DNA of 27,933 nt, taken from positions 1 through 27,933 of the forward strand of contig NEEC01000261.1 in the NCBI GenBank assembly GCA_002189035.1, read 5' to 3'. The stretch comes from Utricularia gibba. Taxonomy: Eukaryota; Plantae; Magnoliophyta. The notes beneath the pieces were generated by a model. The model searched no databases. It was given only the letters and a program-made list of their open reading frames with translations, and had not been told where the DNA came from. The position numbers were made by a program, and so were the translations under genes. Of this stretch, positions 1-10,800 are shown piece by piece (within the stretch, counting starts at the first letter, position 1; each line of letters opens with the position of its first letter).

Positions 1-158
1 TTTAAACAAATGCAACATTGTATTCATCGATTTGCATCCTTTTGTCCTCATGAGCCATAAAGAATCGCGGGCCCGGACCAAGTTCCTAGCGAGACTGGCC
101 GCCACAAAACGAGAAGCTGTTCCTTGAAAAACCATGTAGGCAACACCGAAAACCGAAC
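1..158 (+). repeat. Ancestral subunit 1 of the monomer (~157 bp, approximate boundaries)
   Basis: Matches 159-314 at offsets of 150-157 bp: TTTGC 31/181, GTTCC 82/233, CCGCC 99/253, (A)nAAAAAnCATGTnGG with CATGT at 133/289. Confidence 0.75.
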
Positions 159-314
159 GTTAATAAATACATCACTTTTCTTTGCCGGGCTACAACTTAC
201 TTTGGGCCAAGGCCTAAGCTGACCTTTTTCCGGTTCCAAGTGCCCCCCAAGACCGCCTCTCATGTATAAAGTATGTTGTTAAAAAAATCATGTGGGGTGC
301 ACGTGACATCGTAA
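159..314 (+). repeat. Ancestral subunit 2 of the monomer (~156 bp, approximate boundaries)
   Basis: Starts GTTAATAAATACATCACTTT, homologous to the monomer start TTTAAACAAATGCATCATTTT. Its end GTTG(T)TGAAAAAATCATGTGGG is homologous to the subunit-1 end GTTCCTTGAAAAACCATGTAGG. Confidence 0.75.
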
Positions 315-627
315 TTTAAACAAATGCATCATTTTTTTTAATCGATTTGCATCCAGTTGACCTCATGAGCCATACAGAATCGGGGTCAAGGACCAAGTTC
401 CCAGCGAGACTGGCCGCCACAAAACGAGAAGCGGTTCCTTGAAAAACCATGTAGGCAGCCCCCGAAAACCGAACGATAATAAATACATCACTTTATTTGC
501 CGGACTACAACTAACTCTCGGTGCAAGCCAAACCTTACCTTTGTCCGTTCCAGGTGCCCAAAGACCGCCTGCTCAAGTATAAAGTAAGTTGTTGAAAAAA
601 TCATGTGGGGTGCACGTGATATCGCAA
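315..627 (+). repeat. Monomer B (representative copy)
   Basis: Diagnostic words: ATGCATCATTTTTTT, CCAGTTGACC, GGGGTCAAGG, CCCAGC, GCGGTTCC, GCAGCCCCCG, AACGATAAT, CAACTAACTCTCGGTGCAAGCCAAACCTTACC. About 40 differences from A by hand alignment. Confidence 0.95.
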
Positions 628-1249
628 TTTAAACAAATGCAACATTGTATTCATCGATTTGCATCCTTTTGTCCTCATGAGCCATAAAGAATCGCGGGGA
701 CCAAGTTCCTAGCGAGACTGGCCGCCACAAAACGAGAAGCTGTTCCTTGAAAAACCATGTAGGCAACACGAAAACCGAACGTTAATAAATACATCACTTT
801 CTTTGCCGGGCTACAACTTACTTTGGGCCAAGGCCTAAGCTGATCTTTTCCGGTTCCAAGTGCACCCAAAGACCGCCTTCTCAGTATAAAGTAAGTTGTT
901 GAAAAAATCATGTGGGGTGCACGTGACATCATAATTTAAACAAATGGATCATTTTTTTTAATCGATTTGCATCCAGTTGACCTCATGAGCCATACAGAAT
1001 CGGGGTCAAGGACCAAGTTCCCAGCGAGACTGGCCGCCACAAAACGAGAAGCGGTTCCTTGAAAAACCATGTAGGCAGCCCCCGAAAACCGAACGATAAT
1101 AAATACATCACTTTATTTGCCGGACTACAACTAACTCTCGGTGCAAGCCAAACTTACCTTTGTCCCGTTCCAGGTGCACCCAAAGACCGCCTGCTCAAGT
1201 ATAAAGTAAGTTGTTGAAAAAATCATGTGGGGTGCACGTGATATCGCAA

Positions 1250-1878
1250 TTTAAACAAATGCAACATTGTATTCATCGATTTGCATCCTTTTGTCCTCAT
1301 GAGCCATAAAGAATCGCGGGCCCGGACCAAGTTCCTAGCGAGACTGGCCGCCACAAAACGAGAAGCTGTTCCTTGAAAAACCATGTAGGCAACACCGAAA
1401 ACCGAACGTTAATAAATACATCACTTTCTTTGCCGGGCTACAACTTACTTTGGGCCAAGGCCTAAGCTGATCTTTTTCCGGTTCCAAGTGCACCCCAAGA
1501 CCGCCTCCTCATGTATAAAGTATGTTGTTAAAAAATCATGTGGGGTGCACGTGACATCGTAATTTAAACAAATGCATCATTTTTTTAATCGATTTGCATC
1601 CAGTTGACCTCATGAGCCATACAGAATCGGGGTCAAGGACCAAGTTCCCAGCGAGACTGGCCGCCACAAAACGAGAAGCGGTTCCTTGAAAAACCATGTA
1701 GGCAGCCCCCGAAAAACCGAACGATAATAAATACATCACTTTATTTGCCGGACTACAACTAACTCTCGGTGCAAGCCAAACCTTACCTTTGTCCCGTTCC
1801 AGGTGCACCCAAAGACCGCCTCCTCAAGTATAAAGTAAGTTGTTGAAAAAATCATGTGGGGTGCACGTGATATCGCAA
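1250..1878 (+). repeat. Higher-order repeat unit: A+B dimer, 629 bp (representative copy)
   Basis: A spans 1250-1562 (313 bp) and B spans 1563-1878 (316 bp). Same-type monomers are far more alike than A versus B, which defines a 2-mer higher-order repeat. Confidence 0.93.
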
Positions 1879-4800
1879 TTTAAACAAATGCAACATTGTA
1901 TTCATCGATTTGCATCCTTTTGTCCTCATGAGCCATAAAGAATCGCGGGCCCGGACCAAGTTCCTAGCGAGACTGGCCGCCACAAAACGAGAAGCTGTTC
2001 CTTGAAAAACCATGTAGGCAACACCGAAAACCGAACGTTAATAAATACATCACTTTCTTTGCCGGGCTACAACTTACTTTGGGCCAAGGCCTAAGCTGAT
2101 CTTTTCCGGTTCCAAGTGCACCCAAAGACCGCCTTCTCAAGTATAAAGTAAGTTGTTGAAAAAATCATGTGGGGTGCACGTGACATCATAATTTAAACAA
2201 ATGGATCATTTTTTTTAATCGATTTGCATCCAGTTGACCTCATGAGCCATACAGAATCGGGTCAAGGACCAAGTTCCCAGCGAGACTGGCCGCCACAAAA
2301 CGAGAAGCGGTTCCTTGAAAAACCATGTAGGCAGCCCCGAAACCGAACGATAATAAATACATCACTTTATTTGCCGGACTACAACTAACTCTCGTGCAAG
2401 CCAAACCTTACCTTTGTCCCGTTCCAGTGCACCCAAAGACGCCTCTCAAGTATAAAGTAAGTTGTTGAAAAAATCATGTGGGGTGCACGTGATATCGCAA
2501 TTTAAACAAATGCAACATTGTATTCATCGATTTGCATCCTTTTGTCCTCATGAGCCATAAAGAATCGCGGGCCCGGACCAAGTTCCTAGCGAGACTGGCC
2601 GCCACAAAACGAGAAGCTGTTCCTTGAAAAACCATGTAGGCAACACCGAAAACCGAACGTTAATAAATACATCACTTTCTTTGCCGGGCTACAACTTACT
2701 TTGGGCCAAGGCCTAAGCTGACCTTTTTCCGGTTCCAAGTGCCCCCAAAGACCGCCTCCTCAGTATAAAGTAGTTGTTAAAAAAATCATGTGGGGTGCAC
2801 GTGACATCGTAATTTAAACAAATGCATCATTTTTTTTAATCGATTTGCATCCAGTTGACCTCATGAGCCATACAGAATCGGGGTCAAGGACCAAGTTCCC
2901 AGCGAGACTGGCCGCCACAAAACGAGAAGCGGTTCCTTGAAAAACCATGTAGGCAGCCCCCGAAAACCGAACGATAATAAATACATCACTTTATTTGCCG
3001 GACTACAACTTACTTCGGGCAAGCCAAAGCTTACCTTTTCCCGTTCCAAGTGCCCCCAAAGACCGCCTCTCAAGTATAAAGTAAGTTGTTGAAAAAATCA
3101 TGTGGGGTGCACGTGATATCGCAATTTAAACAAATGCAACATTGTATTCATCGATTTGCATCCTTTTGTCCTCATGAGCCATAAAGAATCGCGGGCCCGG
3201 ACCAAGTTCCTAGCGAGACTGGCCGCCACAAAACGAGAAGCTGTTCCTTGAAAAACCATGTAGGCAACACCGAAAACCGAACGTTAATAAATACATCACT
3301 TTCTTTGCCGGGCTACAACTTACTTTGGGCCAAGGCCTAAGCTGACTTTTTCCGGTTCCAAGTGCCCCCAAGACGCCTCCTCAGTATAAAGTAGTTGTTA
3401 AAAAAATCATGTGGGGTGCACGTGACATCGTAATTTAAACAAATGCATCATTTTTTTTAATCGATTTGCATCCAGTTGACCTCATGAGCCATACAGAATC
3501 GGGGTCAAGGACCAAGTTCCCAGCGAGACTGGCCGCCACAAAACGAGAAGCGGTTCCTTGAAAAACCATGTAGGCAGCCCCCGAAAACCGAACGATAATA
3601 AATACATCACTTTATTTGCCGGACTACAACTAACTCTCGGTGCAAGCCAAACCTTACCTTTGTCCCGTTCCAGTGCACCCAAAGACCGCCTGCTCAAGTA
3701 TAAAGTAAGTTGTTGAAAAAATCATGGGGTGCACGTGATATCGCAATTTAAACAAATGCAACATTGTATTCATCGATTTGCATCCTTTTGTCCTCATGAG
3801 CCATAAAGAATCGCGGGCCCGGACCAAGTTCCTAGCGAGACTGGCCGCCACAAAACGAGAAGCTGTTCCTTGAAAAACCATGTAGGCAACACGAAAACCG
3901 AACGTTAATAAATACATCACTTTCTTTGCCGGGCTACAACTTACTTTGGGCCAAGGCCTAAGCTGCTTTTTCCGGTTCCAAGTGCCCCCCAAGACCGCCT
4001 CTCATGTATAAAGTAAGTTGTTAAAAAATCATGTGGGGTGCACGTGACATCATAATTTAAACAAATGCATCATTTTTTTTAATCGATTTGCATCCAGTTG
4101 ACCTCATGAGCCATACAGAATCGGGGTCAAGGACCAAGTTCCCAGCGAGACTGGCCGCCACAAAACGAGAAGCGGTTCCTTGAAAAACCATGTAGGCAGC
4201 CCCCGAAACCGAACGATAATAAATACATCACTTTATTTGCCGGACTACAACTAACTCTTGCAAGCCAAACCTTACCTTTGTCCCGTTCCAGGTGCACCCA
4301 AAGACCGCCTCTCAAGTATAAAGTAAGTTGTTGAAAAAATCATGTGGGGTGCACGTGATATCGCAATTTAAACAAATGCAACATTGTATTCATCGATTTG
4401 CATCCTTTGTCCTCATGAGCCATAAAGAATCGCGGGCCCGGACCAAGTTCCTAGCGAGACTGGCCGCCACAAAACGAGAAGCTGTTCCTTGAAAAACCAT
4501 GTAGGCAACACGAAAACCGAACGTTAATAAATACATCACTTTCTTTGCCGGGCTACAACTTACTTTGGGCCAAGGCCTAAGCTGATCTTTTTCCGGTTCC
4601 AAGTGCACCCAAAGACCGCCTTCTCAGTATAAAGTAAGTTGTTGAAAAAATCATGGGGTGCACGTGACATCATAATTTAAACAAATGATCATTTTTTTTA
4701 ATCGATTTGCATCCAGTTGACCTCATGAGCCATACAGAATCGGGGTCAAGGACCAAGTTCCCAGCGAGACTGGCCGCCACAAAACGAGAAGCGGTTCCTT

Positions 4801-7800
4801 GAAAAACCATGTAGGCAGCCCCCGAAAACCGAACGATAATAAATACATCACTTTATTTGCCGGACTACAACTAACTCTCGGTGCAAGCCAAACCTTACCT
4901 TTGTCCGTTCCAGGTGCACCCAAAGACTCAAGTATAAAGTAAGTTGTTGAAAAAATCATGTGGGGTGCACGTGATATCGCAATTTAAACAAATGCAACAT
5001 TGTATTCATCGATTTGCATCCTTTTGTCCTCATGAGCCATAAAGAATCGCGGCCCGGACCAAGTTCCTAGCGAGACTGGCCGCCACAAAACGAGAAGCTG
5101 TTCCTTGAAAAACCATGTAGGCAACACCGAAAACCGAACGTTAATAAATACATCACTTTCTTTGCCGGGCTACAACTTACTTTGGGCCAAGGCCTAAGCT
5201 GACCTTTTTCCGGTTCCAAGTGCCCCCCAAGACCGCCTCTCAGTATAAAGTAAGTTGTTAAAAAATCATGTGGGGTGCACGTGACATCGTAATTTAAACA
5301 AATGCATCATTTTTTTTAATCGATTTGCATCCAGTTGACCTCATGAGCCATACAGAATCGGGGTCAAGGACCAAGTTCCCAGCGAGACTGGCCGCCACAA
5401 AACGAGAAGCGGTTCCTTGAAAAACCATGTAGGCAGCCCCCGAAAACCGAACGATAATAAATACATCACTTTATTTGCCGGACTACAACTAACTCTCGGC
5501 AAGCCAAACCTTACCTTTGTCCCGTTCCAGGTGCACCCAAAGACCGCCTCTCAAGTAAAGTAAGTTGTTGAAAAAATCATGTGGGTGCACGTGATATCGC
5601 AATTTAAACAAATGCAACATTGTATTCATCGATTTGCATCCTTTTGTCCTCATGAGCCATAAAGAATCGCGGGCCCGGACCAAGTTCCTAGCGAGACTGG
5701 CCGCCACAAAACGAGAAGCTGTTCCTTGAAAAACCATGTAGGCAACACCGAAACCGAACGTTAATAAATACATCACTTTCTTTGCCGGGCTACAACTTAC
5801 TTTGGGCCAAGGCCTAAGCTGATCTTTTTCCGGTTCCAAGTGCCCCCAAGACCGCCTCTCAGTAAAGTAAGTTGTTAAAAAAATCATGTGGGGTGCACGT
5901 GACATCGTAATTTAAACAAATGCATCATTTTTTTAATCGATTTGCATCCAGTTGACCTCATGAGCCATACAGAATCGGGGTCAAGGACCAAGTTCCCAGC
6001 GAGACTGGCCGCCACAAAACGAGAAGCGGTTCCTTGAAAAACCATGTAGGCAGCCCCCGAAAACCGAACGATAATAAATACATCACTTTATTTGCCGGAC
6101 TACAACTAACTCTCGGTGCAAGCCAAACCTTACCTTTGTCCCGTTCCAGGTGCACCCAAAGACCGCCTGCTCAAGTATAAAGTAAGTTGAAAAAATCATG
6201 TGGGGTGCACGTGATATCGCAATTTAAACAAATGCAACATTGTATTCATCGATTTGCATCCTTTTGTCCTCATGAGCCATAAAGAATCGCGGGCCCGGAC
6301 CAAGTTCCTAGCGAGACTGGCCGCCACAAAACGAGAAGCTGTTCCTTGAAAAACCATGTAGGCAACACCGAAAACCGAACGTTAATAAATACATCACTTT
6401 CTTTGCCGGGCTACAACTTACTTTGGGCCAAGGCCTAAGCTGACCTTTTTCCCGGTTCCAAGTGCCCCCCAAGACCGCCTCTCATGTATAAAGTATGTTG
6501 TTAAAAAATCATGTGGGGTGCACGTGACATCATAATTTAAACAAATGATCATTTTTTTAATCGATTTGCATCCAGTTGACCTCATGAGCCATACAGAATC
6601 GGGGTCAAGGACCAAGTTCCCAGCGAGACTGGCCGCCACAAAACGAGAAGCGGTTCCTTGAAAAACCATGTAGGCAGCCCCCGAAAACCGAACGATAATA
6701 AATACATCACTTTATTTGCCGGACTACAACTAACTCTCGTGCAAGCCAAACCTTACCTTTGTCCCGTTCCAGTGCACCCAAAGACCGCCTGCTCAAGTAT
6801 AAAGTAAGTTGTTGAAAAAATCATGTGGGGTGCACGTGATATCGCAATTTAAACAAATGCAACATTGTATTCATCGATTTGCATCCTTTTGTCCTCATGA
6901 GCCATAAAGAATCGCGGGCCCGGACCAAGTTCCTAGCGAGACTGGCCGCCACAAAACGAGAAGCTGTTCCTTGAAAAACCATGTAGGCAACACGAAAACC
7001 GAACGTTAATAAATACATCACTTTCTTTGCCGGGCTACAACTTACTTTGGGCCAAGGCCTAAGCTGATCTTTTTCCGGTTCAAGTGCACCCAAGACCGCC
7101 TTCTCATGTATAAAGTAAGTTGTTGAAAAAATCATGTGGGGTGCACGTGACATCATAATTTAAACAAATGATCATTTTTTTTAATCGATTTGCATCCAGT
7201 TGACCTCATGAGCCATACAGAATCGGTCAAGGACCAAGTTCCCAGCGAGACTGGCCGCCACAAAACGAGAAGCGGTTCCTTGAAAAACCATGTAGGCAGC
7301 CCCCGAAAACCGAACGATAATAAATACATCACTTTATTTGCCGGACTACAACTAACTCTCGGGCAAGCCAACCTTACCTTTGTCCGTTCCAGGTGCACCC
7401 AAAGACCGCCTCTCAAGTATAAAGTAAGTTGTTGAAAAAATCATGTGGGGTGCACGTGATATCGCAATTTAAACAAATGCAACATTGTATTCATCGATTT
7501 GCATCCTTTTGTCCTCATGAGCCATAAAGAATCGCGGGCCCGGACCAAGTTCCTAGCGAGACTGGCCGCCACAAAACGAGAAGCTGTTCCTTGAAAAACC
7601 ATGTAGGCAACACCGAAAACCGAACGTTAATAAATACATCACTTTCTTTGCCGGGCTACAACTTACTTTGGGCCAAGGCCTAAGCTGACCTTTTTCCGGT
7701 TCCAAGTGCCCCCCAAGACCGCCTCCTCATGTATAAAGTATGTTGTTAAAAAAAATCATGTGGGTGCACGTGACATCGTAATTTAAACAAATGCATCATT

Positions 7801-10800
7801 TTTTTTAATCGATTTGCATCCAGTTGACCTCATGAGCCATACAGAATCGGGGTCAAGGACCAAGTTCCCAGCGAGACTGGCCGCCACAAAACGAGAAGCG
7901 GTTCCTTGAAAAACCATGTAGGCAGCCCCCGAAAACCGAACGATAATAAATACATCACTTTATTTGCCGGACTACAACTAACTTGCAAGCCAAACCTTAC
8001 CTTTGTCCCGTTCCAGGTGCACCCAAAGACCGCCTGCTCAAGTATAAAGTAAGTTGTTGAAAAAATCATGTGGGGTGCACGTGATATCGCAATTTAAACA
8101 AATGCAACATTGTATTCATCGATTTGCATCCTTTTGTCCTCATGAGCCATAAAGAATCGCGGGCCCGGACCAAGTTCCTAGCGAGACTGGCCGCCACAAA
8201 ACGAGAAGCTGTTCCTTGAAAAACCATGTAGGCAACACCGAAAACCGAACGTTAATAAATACATCACTTTCTTTGCCGGGCTACAACTTACTTTGGGCCA
8301 AGGCCTAAGCTGACCTTTTTCCGGTTCCAAGTGCCCCAAGACCGCCTCCTCATGTATAAAGTATGTTGTTAAAAAAATCATGTGGGGTGCACGTGACATC
8401 GTAATTTAAACAAATGCATCATTTTTTTTAATCGATTTGCATCCAGTTGACCTCATGAGCCATACAGAATCGGGGTCAAGGACCAAGTTCCCAGCGAGAC
8501 TGGCCGCCACAAAACGAGAAGCGGTTCCTTGAAAAACCATGTAGGCAGCCCCCGAAAACCGAACGATAATAAATACATCACTTTATTTGCCGGACTACAA
8601 CTAACTCTCGCAAGCCAAACCTTACCTTTGTCCCGTTCCAGGTGCACCCAAAGACCGCCTGCTCAAGTATAAAGTAAGTTGTTGAAAAAATCATGTGGGG
8701 TGCACGTGATATCGCAATTTAAACAAATGCAACATTGTATTCATCGATTTGCATCCTTTTGTCCTCATGAGCCATAAAGAATCGCGGGCCCGGACCAAGT
8801 TCCTAGCGAGACTGGCCGCCACAAAACGAGAAGCTGTTCCTTGAAAAACCATGTAGGCAACACCGAAAACCGAACGTTAATAAATACATCACTTTCTTTG
8901 CCGGGCTACAACTTACTTTGGGCCAAGGCCTAAGCTGATCTTTTTCCGGTTCCAAGTGCCCCAAAGACCGCCTCTCATGTATAAAGTAAGTTGTTGAAAA
9001 AATCATGTGGGGTGCACGTGACATCATAATTTAAACAAATGCATCATTTTTTTTAATCGATTTGCATCCAGTTGACCTCATGAGCCATACAGAATCGGGT
9101 CAAGGACCAAGTTCCCAGCGAGACTGGCCGCCACAAAACGAGAAGCGGTTCCTTGAAAAACCATGTAGGCAGCCCCGAAAACCGAACGATAATAAATACA
9201 TCACTTTATTTGCCGGACTACAACTAACTCTCGGGCAAGCCAAACCTTACCTTTGTCCGTTCCAGGTGCACCCAAAGACCGCCTCCTCAAGTATAAAGTA
9301 AGTTGTTGAAAAAATCATGTGGGGTGCACGTGATATCGCAATTTAAACAAATGCAACATTGTATTCATCGATTTGCATCCTTTTGTCCTCATGAGCCATA
9401 AAGAATCGCGGGCCCGGACCAAGTTCCTAGCGAGACTGGCCGCCACAAAACGAGAAGCTGTTCCTTGAAAAACCATGTAGGCAACACCGAAAACCGAACG
9501 TTAATAAATACATCACTTTCTTTGCCGGGCTACAACTTACTTTGGGCCAAGGCCTAAGCTGATCTTTTTCCGGTTCCAAGTGCCCCCCAAGACCGCCTCC
9601 TCATGTATAAAGTAGTTGTTAAAAAAATCATGTGGGGTGCACGTGACATCGTAATTTAAACAAATGCATCATTTTTTTTAATCGATTTGCATCCAGTTGA
9701 CCTCATGAGCCATACAGAATCGGGGTCAAGGACCAAGTTCCCAGCGAGACTGGCCGCCACAAAACGAGAAGCGGTTCCTTGAAAAACCATGTAGGCAGCC
9801 CCCGAAAACCGAACGATAATAAATACATCACTTTATTTGCCGGACTACAACTAACTCAAGCCAAACCTTACCCGTTCCAGGTGCACCCAAGACCGCCTCT
9901 CAAGTATAAAGTAAGTTGTTGAAAAAATCATGTGGGGTGCACGTGATATCGCAATTTAAACAAATGCAACATTGTATTCATCGATTTGCATCCTTTTGTC
10001 CTCATGAGCCATAAAGAATCGCGGGCCCGGACCAAGTTCCTAGCGAGACTGGCCGCCACAAAACGAGAAGCTGTTCCTTGAAAAACCATGTAGGCAACAC
10101 CGAAAACCGAACGTTAATAAATACATCACTTTCTTTGCCGGGCTACAACTTACTTTGGGCCAAGGCCTAAGCTGACCTTTTTCCGGTTCCAAGTGCCCCA
10201 AGACCGCCTCCTCATGTATAAAGTAGTTGTTAAAAAAATCATGGGGTGCACGTGACATCGTAATTTAAACAAATGCATCATTTTTTTTAATCGATTTGCA
10301 TCCAGTTGACCTCATGAGCCATACAGAATCGGGGTCAAGGACCAAGTTCCCAGCGAGACTGGCCGCCACAAAACGAGAAGCGGTTCCTTGAAAAACCATG
10401 TAGGCAGCCCCCGAAAACCGAACGATAATAAATACATCACTTTATTTGCCGGACTACAACTAACTCTCGGCAAGCCAAACCTTACCTTTGTCCCGTTCCA
10501 GGTGCACCCAAAGACCGCCTGCTCAAGTATAAAGTAAGTTGTTGAAAAAATCATCGCAATTTAAACAAATGCAACATTGTATTCATCGATTTGCATCCTT
10601 TTGTCCTCATGAGCCATAAAGAATCGCGGGCCCGGACCAAGTTCCTAGCGAGACTGGCCGCCACAAAACGAGAAGCTGTTCCTTGAAAAACCATGTAGGC
10701 AACACCGAAAACCGAACGTTAATAAATACATCACTTTCTTTGCCGGGCTACAACTTACTTTGGCCAAGGCCTAAGCTGTTTTTCCGGTTCCAAGTGCCCC

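Larger units (their letters stand above)
1..314 (+). repeat. Monomer A (representative copy)
   Basis: Diagnostic words: ATGCAACATTGTATTC, CCTTTTGTCC, GCGGGCCCGG, CCTAGC, GCTGTTCC, GCAACACCG, AACGTTAAT, CAACTTACTTTGGGCCAAGGCCTAAGCTG. These occur in every second monomer. Confidence 0.95.

Noticed and set aside
31-43. TTTGCATCCTTTT resembles the 3' end and terminator of plant 5S rRNA genes, and the unit size fits a 5S array
   Set aside because: The upstream 120 nt lack the 5S sequence and A/C boxes on either strand.
87-248. tRNA/SINE A-box-like TAGCGAGACTGG and B-box-like GGTTCCAAGTGCC
   Set aside because: Both mismatch the consensus, they are ~140 bp apart, and there is no cloverleaf.
281-300. 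AAAAAATCATGTGGGGTG recalls, from memory, a segment of the grass centromeric satellites CentC/CentO
   Set aside because: The match is short and unverified, and I could not extend it. A pairwise alignment with CentC/CentO consensuses would be needed.
264-306. TATAAA (TATA-like) and CACGTG (G-box/E-box) in each monomer
   Set aside because: These are short motifs in the wrong order for a promoter, with no downstream gene. They are not supportable as regulatory sites from sequence alone.
1135-1212. Spliced-leader fragments (AACTAAC as in trypanosomatid SL, GCTCAAG as in dinoflagellate SL) and kinetoplast CSB-like CCCGTTC
   Set aside because: These are 7-nt matches only. The rest of the leaders and the GGGGTTGGTGTA block are absent.
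1792-1808. CENP-B-box-like sequence on the minus strand (GTGCACCTGGAACGGGA)
   Set aside because: It fails 3 of the 9 essential positions of NTTCGNNNNANNCGGGN.
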